Below the pieces are notes generated by a model. The model worked only from the letters and a program-made list of their open reading frames with translations. It was not told the DNA's origin and made no database searches. This document shows positions 28,619 through 37,686 of a stretch of DNA of 64,000 nucleotides, one piece after another (the stretch's first letter is position 1; every line of letters starts with the position of its first letter). The DNA lies in contig JAOUFY010000002.1 in NCBI GenBank assembly GCA_029857955.1, positions 58,141 through 122,140 of the forward strand, written 5' to 3'. Made by a program: the position numbers and the translations under genes. Source of the DNA: Spirochaetia bacterium. GTDB lineage: Bacteria > Spirochaetota > Leptospiria > Turneriellales > JAOUFE01.

Positions 28619-29046
28619 ATATCAGCATTATTCACGGACCAAACTTAAATATGCTTGGAAAACGTGAAAAAAGTATTTATGGTAGCTTAACTCTTGATGA
28701 AATCAATCAAACTATTTTAACAAAATTTGATAAACTGGCTTCAATTGATATTTTTCAAAGCAATCATGAAGGACAACTCATTGAATATATTCAAAAACTA
28801 GATGCCCAAAAAACAAAAGGTATAGTGATTAATGCAGCTGCACTTACCCATAGCAGTGTTGGAATTCGTGATGCTTTGCTGAGTGTCTCAATTCCTTTTA
28901 TTGAAGTTCATTTAAGTAATGTATACAAGAGAGAAGATTTTAGAAAAATTTCTTTTTTAAGTGACTGCGCCGTTGGTGTAATCAGCGGTCTTGGTCCAAA
29001 AGTATATAGTTTTGCAATCGACTATTTCATTCATGATTTTACATAA
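28609..29046 (+). CDS. aroQ: Type II 3-dehydroquinate dehydratase
   Basis: IIHGPNLNMLGKRE, SNHEGQLIE, INAAALTHSS, EVHLSN. 10-nt overlap with aroB. Confidence 0.9.
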   Translation: MPVNISIIHGPNLNMLGKREKSIYGSLTLDEINQTILTKFDKLASIDIFQSNHEGQLIEYIQKLDAQKTKGIVINAAALTHSSVGIRDALLSVSIPFIEVHLSNVYKREDFRKISFLSDCAVGVISGLGPKVYSFAIDYFIHDFT

Positions 29047-29060
29047 ATATTAAATTAAAC

Positions 29061-30383
29061 ATGAAAGAGTTAATAACTAAATCACCAGACGGTAATTTTA
29101 ATTTAACTGAAGATGGCGAGCAGGAATTATATTTTATAACTACTCGCAGATTAATCCTGTATTATTTAAAAGAAGTCTTAAAACAAAACGATATTTCCAT
29201 TGCTGAAACAAATAATTCATTAAAAAGTTTTATAACCCAAAATTTTAAAAAAGTTGAAGATTATTTAAAAAAATTACCTGATCTAGCCCGATTTATAAAT
29301 GAATCCAATATTGAAAAATTTCAAAAATTCATGGGACAATACTTCATTACTACTCTTCAAAAAGAAAAACAAGCATTAATAAATAAAGAAATTGAAAAAT
29401 CTAAAGAAATACTTGATAACCCGTTTTGGGCACCATCAAACCAAATGTTAAAAATATATGCACAGGATTTTTTAAAATCACCTCCTCTTGAGATGGATGG
29501 GGAAGCAAAACCTGATGAAATAATTAAAATTAATTCAGTTAAGGAAAATAAAAAAGAAATATTTGTAGCTTCGACATTAGAAGGTGCACCGGGTTTTATA
29601 TTTCTTCAATCTTCACTCAGTAACTCTTTTATTAATGCTAAACCACTTGATTTTAAAAGCTTTGAATTTAATGAAATCAATAATTTTGATGACGAACAAA
29701 ATGATTCTCAAGAGAATGATAATGCAATTAATATTGCAACGCTAAAAACAAATGAGAACATTCTTCAAGATCCTCCCGGTGAAAAACTATTAAGAGATCT
29801 ACAAATACATTTTAACAAATGCCCCCCTCTTGAATTGTCACATGAACACTTTATTGATGAATCAAAAGATAAAATTCCTGTAGATAAACATATAATAACC
29901 TTAAAATCATTTGCAGGTATTTTAAGTAATATAGCAAAATTTACAAAAAATAAGGATAATGCAGGGTATCAAAACTGGTACAATAATCTTAACAGTAATT
30001 TAAAGGGAGCTCTTAAAATTAACAGCCTTATCAATTCTGAAAAAAAAGGTGAATCTGTAAATTGGGGACAGGAAATTATGATGTTTGCTGCCTCAACAAA
30101 TATAAATAAAGACGAGCTTTATCAGCTAACTGAAGAAGTAAAACTTTATTCTAAAATCCTAAACTTTATTCGTCATAGACTGACAAACGATCCGAAAATT
30201 AAATTAAATAAAAATGAAGCATCTAATATATATACTCAGTCAATAAATATACTTTCAGGCAATGAAAGTTTTGCAGAAAAAAAATCAGCATTAACTATAC
30301 TTTTGTTTCAAATTACTGACCAGACAATGAGAGAAATTATTTTAAAAGATTATGAAAAAATTCTAGTAACTTTATATAAATAA
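29061..30383 (+). CDS. Hypothetical protein (440 aa, soluble, no recognisable motif)
   Basis: Long ORF starting 15 nt after aroQ. Mixed helical/acidic composition. No domain recognised. Confidence 0.5.
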   Translation: MKELITKSPDGNFNLTEDGEQELYFITTRRLILYYLKEVLKQNDISIAETNNSLKSFITQNFKKVEDYLKKLPDLARFINESNIEKFQKFMGQYFITTLQKEKQALINKEIEKSKEILDNPFWAPSNQMLKIYAQDFLKSPPLEMDGEAKPDEIIKINSVKENKKEIFVASTLEGAPGFIFLQSSLSNSFINAKPLDFKSFEFNEINNFDDEQNDSQENDNAINIATLKTNENILQDPPGEKLLRDLQIHFNKCPPLELSHEHFIDESKDKIPVDKHIITLKSFAGILSNIAKFTKNKDNAGYQNWYNNLNSNLKGALKINSLINSEKKGESVNWGQEIMMFAASTNINKDELYQLTEEVKLYSKILNFIRHRLTNDPKIKLNKNEASNIYTQSINILSGNESFAEKKSALTILLFQITDQTMREIILKDYEKILVTLYK

Positions 30384-30408
30384 TTTAAACCGAAAAATAT
30401 TTACAACA

Positions 30409-31194
30409 TTATGTACCGGTTGAATGATATGCCTTTGAACCAATACGAAATATGGATAAAGATAAAAGAAACAAAAAAAGCCCGACTGGAAGTGACATGT
30501 ATTTTAAACCTTCAAAAAAAAGTCCATTTTTATTAATAAATAAATGACTGGGATAAAAATTAACAAAAGCAATTGGAAAAATAAATGTTAAGACAAAAGG
30601 TATCGGATTTTTATAAATATTAATCGGATACAATATAAACTCCTTAGAGCTGTATACAAAAAAATGAACGAGTGATTCAATGGATACCGCATAAAAAGCA
30701 ATCGAGGCTATAAAAATTCGAATAGAGGCAAAAACAAATGATCCGCCCAACCAAATTTGAATAATGAAAATGGTATTAATTAAATTAAAATGTAGGCCCA
30801 TGTTTGAAGCCGCGTAGAAGAAGAATCCAATTCCTAACACAAAATGAACAATAGCTGAAGGATCAAACTGCATACACAATAATGTTATTAACGGGTGCAA
30901 TGGTTTAACCAAAAGATAGTCCCAGTCTCCTTTTCTAATAATTTCATCAAAACGAACCAAAGGGCCAAAGATCATTGTATTTATACCCTGTGCGACCAAT
31001 ACAAAAGAATATAAAAATGCAATTTCTTGCAGCCTCCACCCTTGTATGTCATGAAATTTCATAATTGTAAAACCTACGATAGAAAACTGGACAATATAGT
31101 ATAATCCCATTGAAAGAAGAGAAATAAAAAAAGTCATTCTATATTCCAGCTGAATTTGAATGGACTTTTTAATTAGAATTAAATATCGACTCAT
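30409..31194 (-). CDS. ABC-2-type transporter permease-like membrane protein (DUF990/ABC2_membrane_6-like)
   Basis: 261 aa, about 6 TM helices. N-terminus YLILIKKSIQIQLEYRMTF, GDWDYLLVKPLHPL and a C-terminal YHSTGT-type tail, as I recall for this family. The ATG overlaps the upstream TGA (ATGA at 31191-31194). Confidence 0.55.
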   Translation of the reverse strand: MSRYLILIKKSIQIQLEYRMTFFISLLSMGLYYIVQFSIVGFTIMKFHDIQGWRLQEIAFLYSFVLVAQGINTMIFGPLVRFDEIIRKGDWDYLLVKPLHPLITLLCMQFDPSAIVHFVLGIGFFFYAASNMGLHFNLINTIFIIQIWLGGSFVFASIRIFIASIAFYAVSIESLVHFFVYSSKEFILYPINIYKNPIPFVLTFIFPIAFVNFYPSHLFINKNGLFFEGLKYMSLPVGLFLFLLSLSIFRIGSKAYHSTGT

Positions 31195-34100
31195 GAATTT
31201 ACGGATACAAGGTCAGATGAAATCGTCTGTTTATAAAAATTATCTGAAGTATTATCTTTTCTCAGGTTAGCAATGTATTTTTTTAAAAAATAATCTATTG
31301 TCTCTACTCTTATCTTAATTGAACCTGATGGATTATTTTCATCAATATCTTTAAAAGAAAAAAATGGCTTGGAAGCTTTTTCAAAAATTCGTTCTATAGT
31401 TGAATATAATGTAGAATCATGCCCGCATTTAAAGCTGGAAAGCTCAACCGGAATTAAATTTGGATTTCTGGAAATAAATTTAGCAGCCCATATTTTCAAA
31501 GTACTACCTGCAGAAAATGAATTTTTCCAAACATCATCTACGTTTAATGAATCCTCTTCATTTATAAATAATTTTTCAATATAATTTAAATCGGTAGGTA
31601 ATGAAGACATTGTAATTACCGGGTACCCTCGTTCTACAAATAAATCAAATATTCCATGATTTAAACCAGCATCATTATGATAAGCTCTCCCAAGTAAGAC
31701 AAGGGCAACCCTTTTTTCATTGGTTACCATATCAATAATCTTCTTACCCTGCGCTTCCATTAATTTTTTATTATGTTTAAGAGCATAAAACCCAGCTCTT
31801 ATTGCAATTCTGTTTTCATTATCTGATATTTGAAAAATTTTTGAAAACTGATTATAAAGTTGTTTTTCCAAAAGTCCATAATCATCCATATTAAGATATG
31901 GCTTTAAAAATTTTATCCCTTTTTTTTGAAATAAATCTTCTTCTTTCGTCATCGCCGCATAAACCATTTCAGGAGCTCCTGTTATAGTTGGACATGCTTT
32001 ATTATCGATCACATTTTGCATACCTGTAGGATACGAACCTATCATGGGAAAAATCATGTAATCTAGCTTTTCACCATAACGATCCAGTAAATCGTTTACA
32101 TGAGATAATGAAACTTTTGAAGGAAAACAAGGATCTACCGAACCTCTTTTAGAACCATTTTTATACATTTCTTCATTAGTATACTGACTAAAGTAAAAGT
32201 TTTGATAATCAAAACCAAGTGTTTCGAAGTATGCGTTAAAGAATGGTTGTAATATATAATGATTTAATACGCGTGGAAAACCTAGTTTAAAGTTCTTTCT
32301 TAATTTTCGTATATTTTCATATTGTTTATTAAATATTTTTTTTGACTCCATTTTATGTAAAAAATGAATATGTCCTCTAACAATATCCTTGTTTGATTCC
32401 CATACCTTTTTAGTTGCAAATTGAATTAAATTTGGATTTTTTTCTCGAAGTAAATTCATTTCTTTTTGAACTTTCCGTGCGTAATTAATTTCTTCAAATC
32501 TACCTTTTTCGCATGGTGCAATTATTAATCGCCTTGATAATCCTGAAGATGTAATATTTATAAAAGTTCGAATACACTTATTCCTACAAAAATCACATCG
32601 AGTTGTTTCATTATGCGTAGTGGTATGTTGAATGGTTGTAACCTGGTCAAAACCAATAAATGATGTTTTATAATTTGAGTTTTGTTTAAGCATGAAAAGC
32701 GCTTCATGCGCCGCTCCAATTGCTCCGCATACCGAAGTGAACTTGTGAACAAATATCTCTGGGGTTTTATTTGAATTTTTAAACTTTTTCTTAATGTAAT
32801 CAACTTGAGATTTTACAGCAGCAGCATTTTTTTGAGTACCTCCCTGTAATACAAAAGTTGTACCAAGCATTTCAAGATTAGATATTCCAGCTACATACTG
32901 CCAGATATTTTTAGGTAATACTTCAGCAAGTCCTGCCATAATTTCAGGACCTTCCCAGCCCTGTCTTTGAAAATCAACGATATCAGTTTGTAAAAAAACT
33001 GCGCATCCATATCCAAATTCTGCGACTTTATTTGCGCTAAATGCGATTTCAGCAAAATCTTCTACTTTATATCCAAAGTTTTCCGCTGTATTTTGCAAAA
33101 AATAACCGTTCCCGGCGGAACATTGAGTATTTAACTTAAAATCTTTAATAATACCATCTTTAAGCATGATTAATTTTATATCCTGTCCGCCAACATCTAC
33201 AATTACATCAACTTCCGGATAGTAATGTTTCGCAGCCAATGTATGGGCAACTGTTTCAACAACAGCAACATCCGCCAATAAAACTTCTTTTAAAATATCT
33301 TTTCCATAACCAGTAGTTCCAACTGCAGTAATTTCAATACTGGCTCCATTTTCCTCAATTTTTTGTCGTAATGAATTCAAGATATTTTTACTATCCTCAA
33401 TTGGATTACCTTTTGATAACATATAACTCATGGCTATTACTTCACCACTTTCTGATAATAATACGCCCTTTGTACTTGTCGAACCACTGTCGATTCCAAT
33501 AATTGCTTTTACTGTTTCACCATGAACAAATGATGGCAAATTCGTATAATCATACATATATTTTTTTAAAAAGTCTGATTTGTTTTCATTTTTAAAAAAT
33601 GCTGATTTACCCTGAATTAAAATTTTTTCACGATTATTAATATACTCCTCAAGTAACCCCGTACCTTTATACATTAAAGGTTTACGAGTTAGTTTATCTT
33701 TAATTCCTTGATATATTGCGCCTATTGCTGCAAAATAATTACCATTTTCCGGTACTGAAACCATTTCATCGATTCCATCAAATGAAGTTAAATTAACTCC
33801 TCTGTCATTCCAGATTTTTAATAAATTAAATTTCCACGCATCTTGAAGAGCTGGTAAAAAATAATTAGGACCACCAAGTAAAATAACACCAGGTAAAAGA
33901 GTATTTCCCCTGGTTAAAACAGATAAATTTTGTTGTACAATAGCTTCAAATAATGAAGCCATAAGCTCATCTGAGCCAACTCCCTGTTTTTGTAAACCAT
34001 TTATATCAGTTTCGGCGAACACTCCACATTTGCCGGCTACTGGATGTAATTTTGTATTTCTATATTGAATTTTAGAAAGATCATCTAATGAAAGTCTTAA

Positions 34101-34568
34101 TTTTGATGAGATTTTATCTATAACTGCACCGGTTCCACCTGCACATTTATCATTCATAGTCATCATTTTTCTTTTTTCGCCGGTTGATTTATCGTTTTTA
34201 TACAATATTATTTTAGCATCTTGACCGCCAAGTTCAATGACCGATTTTGTTTCTGGATAAAGTTTTTCAACAGCACATGATACTGCAGATACTTCTTGAT
34301 AAAAATAAGCTCCAACCAGATTTTTAATGGAATTACCCCCAGAACCGGTAATAAAAATATCAACTAAAGGCGATTCAGGGTAAAAAATAGATGGAAATAA
34401 AACTTCTAATTCGCGAAAAAACTCTAATATTTTCTCAGCTTGACGTGTTTCATGTCGTTCATAGCATTTCCATATGACCTGAAGAGAATTATCAACAGAT
34501 TTCATTAAAACGCCTTTAACTGTTGTAGAACCTACATCAAGACCAAGATAATTTCTATTCTCTTCCAC
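31191..34568 (-). CDS. Fusion protein: two tandem BcrAD/BadFG-type (HgdC-like) activator ATPase modules plus a C-terminal DUF2229/HAD-subunit-like domain (acyl-CoA dehydratase activase-related)
   Basis: Module 1: GLDVGSTTVKG, ITGSGG, NDKCAGGTG, GKCGVFAETD. Module 2: GIDSGSTSTKG, GTTGYG, NTQCSAGNG, YGCAVFLQTD. Then a Cys cluster (RCDFCRNKC), LGFPRVLN, DPCFPSK and ELSSFKCGHD. GGAG SD 8 nt before the GTG start. Confidence 0.8.
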   Translation of the reverse strand: MEENRNYLGLDVGSTTVKGVLMKSVDNSLQVIWKCYERHETRQAEKILEFFRELEVLFPSIFYPESPLVDIFITGSGGNSIKNLVGAYFYQEVSAVSCAVEKLYPETKSVIELGGQDAKIILYKNDKSTGEKRKMMTMNDKCAGGTGAVIDKISSKLRLSLDDLSKIQYRNTKLHPVAGKCGVFAETDINGLQKQGVGSDELMASLFEAIVQQNLSVLTRGNTLLPGVILLGGPNYFLPALQDAWKFNLLKIWNDRGVNLTSFDGIDEMVSVPENGNYFAAIGAIYQGIKDKLTRKPLMYKGTGLLEEYINNREKILIQGKSAFFKNENKSDFLKKYMYDYTNLPSFVHGETVKAIIGIDSGSTSTKGVLLSESGEVIAMSYMLSKGNPIEDSKNILNSLRQKIEENGASIEITAVGTTGYGKDILKEVLLADVAVVETVAHTLAAKHYYPEVDVIVDVGGQDIKLIMLKDGIIKDFKLNTQCSAGNGYFLQNTAENFGYKVEDFAEIAFSANKVAEFGYGCAVFLQTDIVDFQRQGWEGPEIMAGLAEVLPKNIWQYVAGISNLEMLGTTFVLQGGTQKNAAAVKSQVDYIKKKFKNSNKTPEIFVHKFTSVCGAIGAAHEALFMLKQNSNYKTSFIGFDQVTTIQHTTTHNETTRCDFCRNKCIRTFINITSSGLSRRLIIAPCEKGRFEEINYARKVQKEMNLLREKNPNLIQFATKKVWESNKDIVRGHIHFLHKMESKKIFNKQYENIRKLRKNFKLGFPRVLNHYILQPFFNAYFETLGFDYQNFYFSQYTNEEMYKNGSKRGSVDPCFPSKVSLSHVNDLLDRYGEKLDYMIFPMIGSYPTGMQNVIDNKACPTITGAPEMVYAAMTKEEDLFQKKGIKFLKPYLNMDDYGLLEKQLYNQFSKIFQISDNENRIAIRAGFYALKHNKKLMEAQGKKIIDMVTNEKRVALVLLGRAYHNDAGLNHGIFDLFVERGYPVITMSSLPTDLNYIEKLFINEEDSLNVDDVWKNSFSAGSTLKIWAAKFISRNPNLIPVELSSFKCGHDSTLYSTIERIFEKASKPFFSFKDIDENNPSGSIKIRVETIDYFLKKYIANLRKDNTSDNFYKQTISSDLVSVNS

Positions 34569-34606
34569 TGATAAACTCCATTGGTAAATTTATTTAGATA
34601 CTTTTG

Positions 34607-36232
34607 TTAAATTGACTTTATAAACATTATTGCTTTTAGAGCAGTACCTTCAACATAAGGTAATTTTTTAAGAGCATTTATATAGTTATTTCTATCATTA
34701 AGTTTTTTTAAAATCTTTTTTGGTATTTTTTCAAGTGCTATTTCATATTCTTTTATTGCTCGTTCTCTAGCTTCACTTAAAGCCATCTGCACCCTTGACA
34801 GAGCATTAATTTTACCTTCACCCGAAGTTTCCAGAGGTAAAAAAATCATTTTATTAAAATCCGTCATGACTTTAACCTGAATTGAATCAGAAATTGTCGA
34901 AGGCATACAACCAAATGGCTTAAGAGATAAAACCATGTGAGCGAGGTTATTTTTTGTAAAATATATATTTTTAGCAACCTCAAGAAAACCTTCCCCCCCC
35001 TCATATCTGACATCCATATATTTCGAAGCTATTTTAGCCAACTTACCGACAGGAGTTAATTTTCTATAGTTTTGACCAAGTAATTTACCAATTTTATTAT
35101 ATTGAAAATTATAGAGGAATATTCCTAAATAGTAATAAAAATTTTTATAAATTTTATCCGAAAGTGAGACTAAATACTTTATGGGTTTTTTATATGTAAC
35201 TCGACCTAATGAGTTTGTCATTGACTTTTCATTAAATAAATATTTAGAGCTCCAAAGTAAATACATTACCCATGAGCTAACAGGTTCTACAATTATTTCA
35301 CAACCTTCATCTTCAAGAAATTTAAACATATGGTAATTTCCGTCTCCTTCAGTACTTTGGGCCCAGAATTCGCCTGTTATTTTCACTATAGGTTTAATTT
35401 GTAAGTAGTTTAATTCTATTGAATTTATTTTTTTATGACAAACTCTAAGTACATTTTTTAAATCACGATCAAATAATTGCTTAAAGATATTTTTTGTTTT
35501 CTCAAAATAAACCTTTTTTAATTCTTCATGATTTAACATAGATCGAAGAGGCTTTTTATTCCTTAAATAAACTGCTATAATGTCAGTACATTCACCAATA
35601 ATGAGTTCCGTTTTACCAGATTCAACTTCATATGGTTTTATCATATAACGCAATTCATTTAAATGATCTGATAGTATAATTGCATTTAAAATCGAACGAA
35701 AGAACTCAAAATCCATCCTAAGGCCTGAATTTAAATCACCCTGATAAAATTCTCCAGCCATTTGAAATACAATAACACGAAAACCTTTAAATCCGGAATT
35801 TTCAAGTGCGTATTCATATTCATACTCATACATACCAAATCTACACGGACCACACGAACCTGCTGTTACAAAAATATAGTTTTCAATGATTTCATTTTTA
35901 GATAATCCGGATTCAACAAGATTTTCCAGAAATAAAATTAAATTACCTACAGTAAAATATGTTGGATTACATAATGCTGTATCACAGTATTCTTTACCAT
36001 ATGACATAGCGTGCATATCTGGAACTGGTAATGATTGAACCTTGTAACCAAGTCCAATTAACGAATTTTGTAAAAACTTATCAGCTATAACAGATAAACC
36101 GCCATGTAAAATAGTAGTTGTACTTCGCTCTTCAATCTTAAAATCTCTTTGAATCGTTCTTTTATAATGATGAATTGTTTTTTTATTTTGTATTTTTAAT
36201 GATTTCTCGTTATCAGCAGTTTCAGTTATCAT
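34607..36232 (-). CDS. DUF2229 / 2-hydroxyacyl-CoA-dehydratase-subunit-like protein (partner of the activase fusion)
   Basis: 541 aa. TTILHGGL, CDTALCNPTYF, AGSCGPCRFGMYEYEY, PFGCMPST. AGGAAGG SD before the ATG. Confidence 0.7.
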   Translation of the reverse strand: MITETADNEKSLKIQNKKTIHHYKRTIQRDFKIEERSTTTILHGGLSVIADKFLQNSLIGLGYKVQSLPVPDMHAMSYGKEYCDTALCNPTYFTVGNLILFLENLVESGLSKNEIIENYIFVTAGSCGPCRFGMYEYEYEYALENSGFKGFRVIVFQMAGEFYQGDLNSGLRMDFEFFRSILNAIILSDHLNELRYMIKPYEVESGKTELIIGECTDIIAVYLRNKKPLRSMLNHEELKKVYFEKTKNIFKQLFDRDLKNVLRVCHKKINSIELNYLQIKPIVKITGEFWAQSTEGDGNYHMFKFLEDEGCEIIVEPVSSWVMYLLWSSKYLFNEKSMTNSLGRVTYKKPIKYLVSLSDKIYKNFYYYLGIFLYNFQYNKIGKLLGQNYRKLTPVGKLAKIASKYMDVRYEGGEGFLEVAKNIYFTKNNLAHMVLSLKPFGCMPSTISDSIQVKVMTDFNKMIFLPLETSGEGKINALSRVQMALSEARERAIKEYEIALEKIPKKILKKLNDRNNYINALKKLPYVEGTALKAIMFIKSI

Positions 36233-36393
36233 TTGCCTTCCTGTATAAATTGAATAATCAATATGATCTTACAGGGACAACCTTTTTTTCGAAAATGACA
36301 ACAAATAATTCAATAAATTATAAAAAATTAATAAGTTTTAAATTTTTTAAAAATGTTTATATCTATCATGTTTAAATTATAAAATATGTTAAT

Positions 36394-37239
36394 ATGTTTG
36401 AAGATAAGTTATTTGATGCCTTTAAGGCCTTTATTTTACCATATGGAATTAATTTATTTTTATCGCTGATAACTATCAGTTTTATATTATTTGTTCGCTT
36501 TATTTTTTTAAAAACAATTCGTAGTACAAAAGCCAATAAAGATATTCATTGGGAAAAAAAAAGTTATTATCTTTCGAGCTTTTTAATGGCAGTGATGATT
36601 TTTATCATTTGGCTTCCGCACTTAACAACCTTTTTTACACTATTTAGTATTATTGGAACCGGACTTGTAATTGTTCTTAAAGAAGTATTATTAAATATTG
36701 CGGGTTGGTTTTATATTATCATTCGAAGACCATTTGAAGTCGGTAACAGAATCACATTAAAAGAGTTTAATGGGGATGTCATTGATATTAGGATGATAGA
36801 ATTTTCAATGATTGAAGTAACAGAAATGAACTCCGGAGGCCAAAGCACTGGTAGAATTATCCGAATACCAAATGCAATGTTATTTCTTAATCCCCTGATT
36901 AATGCAAGTAAAGACTTCTCATTATGCTGGAATGAGATAAAAGTTAAAGTAACTAAAAACAGCAACTGGGAAAAAGCATCAAAGCTTTTAGAGTTACTAT
37001 CAAATGAGCACCTTGAGCACATATACAAATCAGATACAAGATTAACTCATGCTGAAAAAAAATATTCAATAAAATACAATAAGATAGAACCGAAAGTATA
37101 TGTCAGTTTTAGTGATGAAACAATACACTTAACTCTGCGTCATCTATCCGAACCCAAGAAAATGAGGGATATCAGCGATCACCTTTGGCGTGTAATTCTT
37201 GAAAGGTTTAATAATGAAAAAGATATTGATTTAATATAA
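36394..37239 (+). CDS. Small-conductance mechanosensitive channel (MscS family)
   Basis: Three N-terminal TM helices. Beta-domain GDVIDIRMIEFSMIEV....GRIIRIPNAMLF, typical of MscS. Confidence 0.75.
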   Translation: MFEDKLFDAFKAFILPYGINLFLSLITISFILFVRFIFLKTIRSTKANKDIHWEKKSYYLSSFLMAVMIFIIWLPHLTTFFTLFSIIGTGLVIVLKEVLLNIAGWFYIIIRRPFEVGNRITLKEFNGDVIDIRMIEFSMIEVTEMNSGGQSTGRIIRIPNAMLFLNPLINASKDFSLCWNEIKVKVTKNSNWEKASKLLELLSNEHLEHIYKSDTRLTHAEKKYSIKYNKIEPKVYVSFSDETIHLTLRHLSEPKKMRDISDHLWRVILERFNNEKDIDLI

Positions 37240-37402
37240 GTAATAATTTTTTCAATTTTATGCAAAAATCAGTAAATGCTAAATAATTTAATTCTAATAA
37301 TTAAATTATTTTACTTCAGGAATTATGTCGTATTCCGATAATATAAAAGTTAAGAATAAAATAAACATCTTAACATTAATTAATTTTTAAAGCGGAGTAC
37401 AC

Positions 37403-37621
37403 ATGGAAAAAAATCATGATGAGAATTTTAGAAAAAGTCTTGGTAAATATTTAAAGCATAGAAATCTAGAAATTGTTTTTACATTAAAAAATGGAAAACG
37501 TGTTGCTTTAAATGGTAAAAGACGTATTATTGGTGATGAAGTTATTCAATATTTTGGTGAAGAAAAAGGCATTATTATTCAAGTCAACGAGATTCAATCA
37601 GCAGATGTATACGCCTTATAA
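37403..37621 (+). CDS. Hypothetical small protein (72 aa)
   Basis: GGAG SD 6 nt upstream of the ATG. Basic, beta-rich. No motif. Confidence 0.4.
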   Translation: MEKNHDENFRKSLGKYLKHRNLEIVFTLKNGKRVALNGKRRIIGDEVIQYFGEEKGIIIQVNEIQSADVYAL

Positions 37622-37634
37622 TAACTAAATTTAG

Positions 37635-37669
37635 TTTGGATTTTAAGTTAATTAAACTTAAAATCCAAA
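37635..37669. terminator. 15-bp perfect hairpin between convergent genes (candidate bidirectional terminator)
   Basis: tttggattttaagtt (37635-37649) / aacttaaaatccaaa (37655-37669), loop aatta. The flanking runs are T-rich and A-rich, but neither side has a clean U-tract. Confidence 0.45.
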
Positions 37670-37686
37670 AAACCTTTTAATTATTT

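Noticed and set aside
32558-32803. Same-strand nested ORFs (32558-32803 inside the activase fusion; 52125-52454 inside actB; 42835-43080 inside the PP2C gene; 45671-45868 inside the deacetylase gene)
   Set aside because: These are off-frame ORFs within strongly supported genes, with no independent start signals or motifs.
35811-35835. Imperfect hexanucleotide repeat encoding (YE)3 in the 541-aa protein as a slippage-prone tract
   Set aside because: The repeat is only three or four imperfect units (tattca tattca tactca tacata). It is in-frame and too short and degenerate to call a phase-variation tract.
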